This document shows positions 29,918-37,210 of a DNA stretch of 37,210 nucleotides, one piece after another. The DNA is taken from assembly GCA_040220235.1 (NCBI GenBank), contig JAVJTO010000103.1; one strand, written 5' to 3'. The position numbers were made by a program, and so were the translations under genes. The notes beneath the pieces were generated by a model. That model was not told where the DNA came from. It ran no database searches and saw nothing but the letters and a program-made list of their open reading frames with translations. Positions within the stretch are counted from its first letter, which is position 1. Every line of letters starts with the position of its first letter. This DNA is from Coleofasciculus sp. B1-GNL1-01 (lineage in GTDB: Bacteria > Cyanobacteriota > Cyanobacteriia > Cyanobacteriales > Coleofasciculaceae).

Positions 29918-31361
29918 CGGGTTTTTGGCTGGATTTAGGAAGCAAATCCTCGAATTTAAGCGAGGGCATTGGATGTTGGTTGAGAGATTCTGTTATTGCC
30001 TCATCCGCCATTTTTCTATACTCTTGCTGTAATCTCGCTTGCGCTTGCGCCTCGTCTTCTTTTCCAAACAAGTCTCGATAAGCGTTAGCAAAAGCGGTCA
30101 TCACTTCCTTAAAACTTCGTTCTTTATTGTCTGAAATTTTATCAATTTGATCAGCAAATTTGCGTAGGTTAGCCGTCATCTGGTGGAGCGAGGCGGCTGA
30201 TTTTGCTGAGAAGTGTAAATTGTGCAATTTATCGGGAAATTGCTCTAAAGTGTTACCCAAATCGATACCGTGAGCCTTGAGATTTGTTTGGATAATGTGC
30301 ATCTGCTGACGCGCTACATCAAGTCGAGCTGAGTCTTTTGAAAGCGAACCTCCAATGATGTCCTTGAAGGTAGCGATTAGCTTTTCTAAGCTGACTTTTG
30401 CCCTTTCCGGATGATTGGGCAATTCTTCCGGAGAAACGCCCAATAAAACAGCCATTAATTCTGATAGAGTTGTGGTTTGTCGCGGAGTTTCTGGAGATTT
30501 TCCGATGGAGAAAGTGATCTGATTAAACAAAGCATCTTTAGCCTGATCAATTGCCTGGTTAATCTGAGATTCTAGGTAGGCTGTTGCTTGCTCTTGGGTA
30601 ATTTCATAAGAAGCTATTTTCGCGATCGCCACTTTTTTTTGTTCACCCTCTAGGTTATAGATTTGGAAATTGCCACCGGGGATCTCTTGGCGACTGGGAA
30701 TTAGAAAGTAGCGAGTTTGGGTGACATCAATCCACAAGGAATCTTTATCGCCAGTGTTTTGATTTTCGGGAAGTCGCTGAGGTATAATTAAGCAGGCTCC
30801 ATCTGATTGCTGTTCTGTTTTCCAGGCATCTGCACTCAGGTGGGATATAGCCTTAGATAGAGGTGCTGTAGTCCACAGCATAATTGGCAGTTTCTCCAGA
30901 TACAATCTGCCATACTCTACTCTGGCGTTAATCGTTTCATTGGGTTGGGCTTCCCAAGAAACGAAGCCGCAATCTGCCCTTGTCATCCGCGCACCGGTAC
31001 AGAGGATATCTATCAGCCAAGTAATGCTGGCATTATCGGCTTGTTCACCTAGCAACTGCCTAGCGATATCAGCACCACCAAGATTCAGAGTCAACATAGC
31101 TGAATCGTTTTGTCTGGGGGTAATTGTTATAACCACTGGATGTTGAGTTCTATCTGGAAATTGCAGCGAGGGAGTTAAGGGTTGGAAGTCCTCTGCAAGA
31201 GATTCGGAAGCCGTGTAGAGATTTTTGGGAAAATTGACGAGTTTAAAGCATGAGGGAGTGTTTTTTTGCAGATATTTCAGAAAAGAACGTGCTGGGTTTG
31301 AATAAAACGGTGCTGGAGACAAAAAAATCACAAATATTTGTTGCTTAATCGCAGAGTTCAT
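29904..31361 (-). CDS. Hypothetical protein (alpha/beta-looking N-half, helical C-half)
   Basis: 485-aa ORF downstream of the toxin locus; no family recognised. Confidence 0.8.
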   Translation of the reverse strand: MNSAIKQQIFVIFLSPAPFYSNPARSFLKYLQKNTPSCFKLVNFPKNLYTASESLAEDFQPLTPSLQFPDRTQHPVVITITPRQNDSAMLTLNLGGADIARQLLGEQADNASITWLIDILCTGARMTRADCGFVSWEAQPNETINARVEYGRLYLEKLPIMLWTTAPLSKAISHLSADAWKTEQQSDGACLIIPQRLPENQNTGDKDSLWIDVTQTRYFLIPSRQEIPGGNFQIYNLEGEQKKVAIAKIASYEITQEQATAYLESQINQAIDQAKDALFNQITFSIGKSPETPRQTTTLSELMAVLLGVSPEELPNHPERAKVSLEKLIATFKDIIGGSLSKDSARLDVARQQMHIIQTNLKAHGIDLGNTLEQFPDKLHNLHFSAKSAASLHQMTANLRKFADQIDKISDNKERSFKEVMTAFANAYRDLFGKEDEAQAQARLQQEYRKMADEAITESLNQHPMPSLKFEDLLPKSSQKPDEST

Positions 31362-31586
31362 GGTGCTTATTTTTGATTTGCTTTTTTTATGTTTTCTGTT
31401 AATTTGATTATTTAAATATAAAATATATTTTCTTTATTGTCTATAGTGTTTTCCAATAGATCATAAAACCCAATGCTGATTTAGCATAATATAAAAATGC
31501 TCTGATTTCTTTTCTAATGTTCCCTGTTCCCTTTGTCTATCTCCTTGATTTCCACATCTCAAATGAAAACGCGATAGGTATATCCC

Positions 31587-32528
31587 ATGAGCAAATGGCT
31601 GACCCGTATAGGAACCCAATCAATTGATATGTCATACTTGACCAAAAATTCAATATACAGCCTTCATCATCAAGGAGAAGTTAGTTTTGAGTCAAGAAGC
31701 TTTTATTTATTCTTGGGAGATTTACACGGAAATATAAAAGCTGCTATTGCGTTAGCTATACGATTGCAAACCTTATTTAAGATACCATTACGTGCCATAT
31801 TTCAAGTTGGTGATTTTGGATTTTGGCCTAGTGGAATTGCGGCAAAAAATGAAGATCCTCATTATAAAAAAGAAGATGCGTTTGATTTTTATGAGATGGC
31901 AGAATCGGCGAATCAGCAAAAATTTTTTTCATTAGGAACAGATGATTGGAATACTCTTAACGCTCCATTTTATTTTATTCGAGGCAATCATGAAGATTTT
32001 AATCATTTGAACTTGATATCGAAGCCTATACCCTCTGAGGTGATTAGAGGAATCTTCTTTATTCCAGATTATTTTCATGGAGTAATTGAAGACTTACATA
32101 TTATGGCGCTCGGCGGAATCCTAACTGACTTAGAGCGAGGTAAGGGAAAGAGAGCCAAAATTGAATTTAAAAAATCTCAACGAAAATTAAAGATAGATAG
32201 GCGACGGTCTAATGCATCCTTGCTTGTTCAACTTAACTCAATTGGAGTAGACTTGCTTCTCACTCATTCTGGACTTGCCTCTAGAGAAAATCAGGATGGC
32301 TCCAAACAACTAGAAAATTATTTAATACCTAGTGATATTCGGCTGCATTTTTACGGTCATCATCATAGATTTTCAATTGGAACTATAGGAGTGAACAGTT
32401 TAAGCATTGGTTTAAGAAACTTAGATGTTGATGCTAGAGGTATACTGAGACCAGGTAGTTTTGCCCTTGTAGCCTGGAACGACCGGAATAACTTTGAGAT
32501 TTATTCGGATACTGGCGTAACGGCTTGA
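31587..32528 (+). CDS. Calcineurin-like metallophosphoesterase
   Basis: All five motifs: GDLHG, GDFG, RGNHE, LTHS, YGHHH. Confidence 0.9.
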   Translation: MSKWLTRIGTQSIDMSYLTKNSIYSLHHQGEVSFESRSFYLFLGDLHGNIKAAIALAIRLQTLFKIPLRAIFQVGDFGFWPSGIAAKNEDPHYKKEDAFDFYEMAESANQQKFFSLGTDDWNTLNAPFYFIRGNHEDFNHLNLISKPIPSEVIRGIFFIPDYFHGVIEDLHIMALGGILTDLERGKGKRAKIEFKKSQRKLKIDRRRSNASLLVQLNSIGVDLLLTHSGLASRENQDGSKQLENYLIPSDIRLHFYGHHHRFSIGTIGVNSLSIGLRNLDVDARGILRPGSFALVAWNDRNNFEIYSDTGVTA

Positions 32529-33031
32529 TAATGCAGGTTTGTATCCATTTCTTCAGGTGTTAGAATCCATAGATCGGGTATTTTCAGGTCAGTTAAATAA
32601 GCACCAATACATACCGAGTGACCTGGAGAAACGGTCAATCTAAAACCACACATACTATGTAAATTATAATCTTTATCGGGTCGGGAAATTACTTCAATCT
32701 TTGATACAGGTTGATCCAGTAAAGAAGTGACTAGTCCTTGAGAATATCCTTCTGGAAAAACAGTATATTTATAAGGAAATTTACTGATTGTATAATTAAT
32801 GGGTTGGCTTGTATCACTGGCATCAAAAACAAGAATATTTCCCCTGCCTTCATCTACATCAAGATACAAACGAGAACTCTGATTAGTTTCCAGAAGAAGA
32901 GAACCTGATTCCATTCGCAATTCATCTTCAGGTTCTAAATACATTAAGCGGATTATATGTTGTATAGTTTGACCGATTAACTGGGACACAAGCGTAAGGT
33001 TACGAGCAAGGTATTTAGCTGACGAATTCAT
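32501..33031 (-). CDS. Hypothetical protein, candidate cognate immunity protein
   Basis: Directly follows the toxin stop. GGAG lies 7 nt before the ATG at 33031; the alternative ATG at 33052 overlaps the toxin TAA. AT-rich. Confidence 0.7.
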   Translation of the reverse strand: MNSSAKYLARNLTLVSQLIGQTIQHIIRLMYLEPEDELRMESGSLLLETNQSSRLYLDVDEGRGNILVFDASDTSQPINYTISKFPYKYTVFPEGYSQGLVTSLLDQPVSKIEVISRPDKDYNLHSMCGFRLTVSPGHSVCIGAYLTDLKIPDLWILTPEEMDTNLHYQAVTPVSE

Positions 33032-33051
33032 AGCTGTTCTCCAGCACAACA

Positions 33052-34867
33052 TTATTGGGTGTTGTTGGTAAGTATCTGCCTAAACTGTTTAATCATTCCA
33101 TCAATACGCCTGAGATAGGCGTTTTGTTTTTGTTTTCTTTTCTTACCCCTAGAAGGCATCTCGTCGATCCGAGCCGGATCGATAAGATGAATAGAACCAT
33201 CTTCTTCTGAAATCATGAATTGTAAATCGTCAATGACCAGATTATCATCCTTGGCTTTTTGGCGAAATTCTGTTAAGTCCTCAATCGTTTTTGGCGTTAC
33301 CAATGCTTCCACTGATAGATCGACAGGTTCATCTGCAAACTTTCCAGTACGAAGGATACGCTTGCTTAATGCCCCCTTTACCTTGTCCATAACAATACCT
33401 TGTCTGGTCACACCATTACTATCAACCCAAGTCATTAGTCCTTTATAGACCATTGGATATCCTTTCTCTGTTAACTTGGATAAGTTTTCAGCTTCTTGAA
33501 TTAATTGGTCATTGGGTTGACCTTCTGATAGTGTAGCTACTTTAATCAGTAAGTTGGGATGTCCTGGAATTTCATAAAGTGTGCCAAAGCCTCCCGAATC
33601 AACGGGTTTACCCAAATCGAGTCCACTTGATAAGTCTTCTTTAATTGAGCGAAGAAGACTTGCATCGTCTGGATTAGGAACGTTATGTATTCCCTCAGCC
33701 GCAACAAACCCCACACCAGCATTTAAATCCATCTCATCCAGGGTTTGCTGGTGCTTGGCTAACTGCTGTTGTAGGTTTTCGATATCAGCTTGGAGATTAG
33801 CTTCTGCCTCCGCATCTAAACCATCTTGAGAAAGTCTGTTCAGGCGCTCATCAATAATCCGAGGCAGTTTTTCCACCTCTAGTTTGGCTTCCCACGCTCG
33901 CGAACCGACTGGTGGTGTACCATTCTTACTGATCCAGTTCTGAATCCGCTCTTTGAGCAGGCGTATTCTTCCGGAAAATCCAGAGTAACGCTGCATCAGC
34001 CGGACGGTTTGGGTATGCAACTGGATATCCACTGCACTTGCATCCGATCCCACCCGCATATGAACGTTAGTCACCAGTCCATTGGCGTCTACATCATAAT
34101 GAACGCGGACTGTATGGCTAGGTAAATCCGGATCGACGTTGATGGCAACCTTACCCTGTAGGTCATTGGGTAGCGCTGCTGTTAATGTTTGCTGTAGATC
34201 GGGATTCCGGGATGTATCTTTGATTTGATCCGAAGGTATCTGGGTTAATCCCTGATCCTTTGTGGGTGTCGATGGCGGTGTTTGTCCAATCGGTTGATTA
34301 GTGTTCGGGTCAATTATTGGTGTGGATGCGGGTGTTTGTCCAACAGGTTGATTGGTATTTGGGTCAATTATTGGTGTGGGTGTGGAAATGTCACCGACTG
34401 GTGGGAGAGGTTGGTTGAGATTTGGCACATCGGTGGACGGACGATCGCCTCCTCCCAAATTCCGCAAGCGATCGCCATACGCCCGATTTGCCCCTCGACC
34501 CACGAGATTGCCAAACGCTGATGTACCCGCACTTTCACCAACCGTCTGCCAAGACAACTCCTTGTCCTCGAAGACGACTTGACCTGTGACATCGGTAGCG
34601 GTTTCGCCAATCGTGTCGGTAACAAATTCGCCCCCCGTCTTGAACGCAGCATTATCGATTTGGTCTACACCCAGCTTGGTTCCCAACTTGCCAAAGGCTC
34701 CACTGAGAGCCTCACCCCCGGCATTCCCTAACAGGGAAGTACCAAAGCTGATTCCCACCATCGACAACGAGAATGCCTCACCCGCCGCCAGTTGTTGGCT
34801 GATATCGGCACCCATCTCGCCCAGCGATTCAATGCCAAATTTAGCCCCAGCTTTAGTGGCTGTATTC
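33052..34867 (-). pseudogene. 3' part of IS-interrupted polymorphic toxin with C-terminal HopBF1-like kinase domain
   Basis: Gly/Ala-rich region, Pro/Thr linker, coiled coil, then DSGGFG, LLIKVA, EAENL, GIVMD, IDDLQF, LIDP. Confidence 0.75.
34270..34377 (-). repeat. 2 x 54-bp coding tandem repeat (TPIIDPNTNQP(V/I)GQTP(A/P)S)
   Basis: Direct comparison of 34270-34323 and 34324-34377. Confidence 0.9.
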
Positions 34868-35060
34868 TTGACGACTCCCCGCGCATAGAATGCGGGGGAT
34901 TCTGAAGAGTAATTACTCACTCTCCCCTCCACTCGAATAGGCTGAGTTTAACCCATTCCATCCGAGGGTTCTCAGGCTCATCTGGCAACCCAGATGATTT
35001 CCCCTGTCTTTTACAGGCTCCTTGAGCGTAACTTTCCCGTGGACTACGGGTAGTGGAATA
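34868..35060 (-). ncRNA. Putative TnpB omega/reRNA scaffold overlapping the tnpB 3' end and right end
   Basis: Expected position in IS605 elements and a terminal hairpin. The 5' boundary is approximate; the guide would be the flank GAATACAGCCACTAAA. Confidence 0.5.
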
Positions 35061-35989
35061 TTAATTCCAAGTTCAGTTAATCCCCGCTGTCTGATCACAG
35101 TGGCTGCATCCACGTCCGCGTCAGCCACCCAACCACAAGACTCACAGAGGAATTTCTCTTTGTCTCGGTTGGTCGGACTGACATAGCCGCAACAACTGCA
35201 TTCTTGCGATGTGTACTTAGGATTGATTTCATGAACCAGAACGCCTGACTTGGCAGCCACAACTTTAACCTTCTGTTTCAATTCGCCCCAAGCTGCATCT
35301 GCTATGACTCGGTTTAACCCTCGCTTTTGTGCCTGCCCATTTTTCAGGTATTTCCCTGTTTCTGGGTCTACCTTGGGCTTACACCGAGCCATCATCCCTT
35401 TGATATTGAGATCCTCAAAGATAATGCACTCGCCTAAGTTGACTAACTGGTTGGCAACCTTCCAATGGTAATCCGTCCGTTGCCGCTCTACTTTTTGCTC
35501 TAACCGGGCTAGGGCAGCATAAGCTTTACGACGACGGGCAGAACCTTTGCTTTTCCGGGATGCCCTGCGAGATAGAAGTTGGCGACGACGTTGTGCCTTC
35601 TTCCCATACTGGGGATTGGGTATCAACTCTCCAGTACTAACTGAGGCAAGCTTTTTGATTCCCAAATCCACTCCAATTGCTGTTTGAGCAGCATCCGGTG
35701 TTGGAGTTGCGGGAACACTCTCATCCCTCAGTTGCACCGATATGTACCATCCGTCTGCCTTCTTTCTTACCGTAACGGTACGGGTACTAAACCCATCCGG
35801 GAAGGCACGAGAGGAGAAGAACTTGCACCAGCCAATCCCTGGTAGCCGCACCTTATTACCTTCAAATCGCACGTCTTTTGGTGGGTAACTCCAGGAACGA
35901 TACTTACTTCGACGCTTAGGTTTGGGATATTTCCCCTCTCCCTTAAAGAAACGCTGGAAAGCGTTCTCGACACGTCGAAGCAGAGCCAC
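34913..35989 (-). pseudogene. tnpB: TnpB, N-terminally truncated, RuvC and Zn finger intact
   Basis: IGVDLG, IFEDL, CSCC..CESC, DADVDAA; begins mid-helix at LRRVENAF. Confidence 0.9.
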
Positions 35990-36273
35990 GAGAATTCTTG
36001 CCTGAGGTATCGAGAAGAACGCCCTTTCATAATTCTCACCAGCTTAGTGATGCCGTACTGCGGATCTATCTCAACGAGAACATGAACGTGATCGGGCATT
36101 ATCTCTACTTCCAGAATCTCTCCTGATGTCTCATTGGCGACTTCCTGCAAGATAATCTTGAGACGAGTGTCAACCCCATTAATCAGAACAGAGCGACGAT
36201 ACTTCGTACACCAGACTAAATGGTACTTACAGGAGTAAACGATGTTGCTGTTAGACTTAAACTTCCTGTCCAT
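35984..36273 (-). pseudogene. tnpA: IS200 TnpA (Y1 HUH transposase), 3'-truncated
   Basis: YHLVWCTKYRR, DHVH, KGRSSR; breaks after QEFSWL, so the catalytic Tyr helix is missing. Confidence 0.9.
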
Positions 36274-36411
36274 GGCAATCATTATACAACATGGCTGCCA
36301 TATAATGATTCGCTGTCGCTCAATTGTTTATTTGAGGGGGTGAAACTTATCCCCGTGCATAGTAATGACAGGGGCTTGCGTTCCACCCCCTCAAACTCCC
36401 CCTATTTTTCG

Positions 36412-36805
36412 GTCAATAAGCCTGCGGCTTTTTCCGCACCCCGCAATCCTACCAGTTGTAGAACACCACCAACGGCACCAAATCCAGCTTGGGTGGCGTA
36501 GGTTTGCCAGGAGGACATCTTGCCATCAATTAAATCATTCGCGCCCTGTTTCACTAACGCTCCAGTTGCGCCAATCAATGCCGCTAATCCAATGGCTGCC
36601 ACTAATCCCACACCCGACGCCGCCAACGCCGCGATCGCGACGGTTACGGCAACGGTGATTACAATGTCAATTAAAATCTTGACCACACTCTTCCAAGCTG
36701 GCTGAACTTGGTCGGCGGCTTCTTGGGCTTTCTCCTGGATCGTTTGCCCTAAGCTGGGATTTTGGTCGGAGCCTTTGAGGGAACCTCTCAGACCATTTTC
36801 GAGCT
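36412..36805 (-). pseudogene. Middle fragment of the same toxin gene (hydrophobic/TM hairpin region)
   Basis: ..LENGLRG..QPAWKSVVKILIDIVITVAVTVAIAALAASGVGLVAAIGLAALIG..AAGLL; joins in frame to 34867. Confidence 0.8.
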
Positions 36806-37209
36806 TTGACATTCTGCGCTCTGAAGAGACGCAGATTCTCGCATCAGATTCGGCAGAGAAACCTTTGTCCGAATTCCGAATGGGCATTATCAAGATGCCT
36901 CTACTTGCTCAAACCTGCTATTTTTCAATACAGGCATTGCAGCTACTTGTTTAATCTTTTGCTTTCCGAGTCCATCACAACGCCAGTCTGGTACGCTCCT
37001 CATCCTGCCATTACTTGCTCGTCTAGTCGTTTCGTCAATTGCGTTCGGTTCTTCGTTGCGGGGATTGCGCCGTACTAGGATGATTCGTCACGTAGATGGT
37101 TATTCCTACTCACCACTCAAGTATGTCACGAAGGCGGATAAATCCGCAATGTCGCTTTTCCTCCCCGGCTTTGAAAGACCGGGGCTACCAAGCTCCTGTA
37201 GTTTACGTG
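36806..37209 (-). mobile_element. Non-autonomous IS200/IS605 derivative (~404 bp, ends only)
   Basis: Right end GAGAATCTGCGTCTCTTCAGAGCGCAGAATGTCAA; left-end-like hairpin CCCCGGTCTTTCAAAGCCGGGG at about 37164-37185; no transposase ORF. The left boundary is uncertain because it is at the window edge. Confidence 0.7.
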
Positions 37210-37210
37210 T

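Larger units (their letters stand above)
34868..36411 (-). mobile_element. IS200/IS605-family element with internal deletion (1544 bp)
   Basis: Left end CGAAAAATAGG lies 3' of TTGAC, with a long hairpin (36331-36395). Right end is GAATCCCCCGCAT..ATGCGCGGGGAGTCGTCAA. No target duplication; removal restores the host frame. Confidence 0.9.

Noticed and set aside
2308..34888. Numerous 60-135 aa ORFs nested in or antisense to long genes
   Set aside because: Shadow frames of well-supported CDSs with no recognisable motifs.
34868..34932. Native N-terminus of the 626-aa ORF
   Set aside because: These codons belong to the IS right end; host sequence begins at 34867.
35767..35983. C-terminal part of the 171-aa TnpA ORF as a novel domain
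   Set aside because: Out-of-frame read-through into tnpB after the deletion.
34868..37209. IStron (group I intron-IS hybrid) explanation for the toxin insertions
   Set aside because: Both elements end in TCAA rather than a terminal G, and I see no group I core at the left ends.

Overview
Cyanobacterial DNA: about 35 HIP1 octamers (GCGATCGC) by manual count, plus STRR heptamer arrays and GTAG-type REP palindromes. It is probably from a filamentous mat-former related to Coleofasciculus (Microcoleus) chthonoplastes; this is an inference from the ADO N-terminus and repeat families. Left to right: a 131-bp-period array with two NsiR1-like sRNA genes and GGG-N5-CCC (HetR-type) boxes; divergent sucC/sucD (SucD lacks the phospho-His); two tandem rhomboids; a sterol desaturase-family gene; a fungal/Thermus-type homocitrate synthase behind a canonical NtcA promoter; an AbrB-family membrane protein; a class I aminotransferase; the conserved ado-aar-accA-SDR-folE cluster; a fermentation block (ldh, xfp, ackA) enclosing a LOV-kinase/RR/hybrid-kinase phosphorelay and a PEP-CTERM gene. 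The window ends in an accessory polymorphic-toxin locus: a large gene with a HopBF1-like minimal kinase tip, a candidate immunity gene and a convergent metallophosphoesterase. The toxin gene is interrupted by two IS200/IS605 derivatives; removing the fully visible one restores the frame exactly. All family assignments come from motif recognition, with no database searches run.
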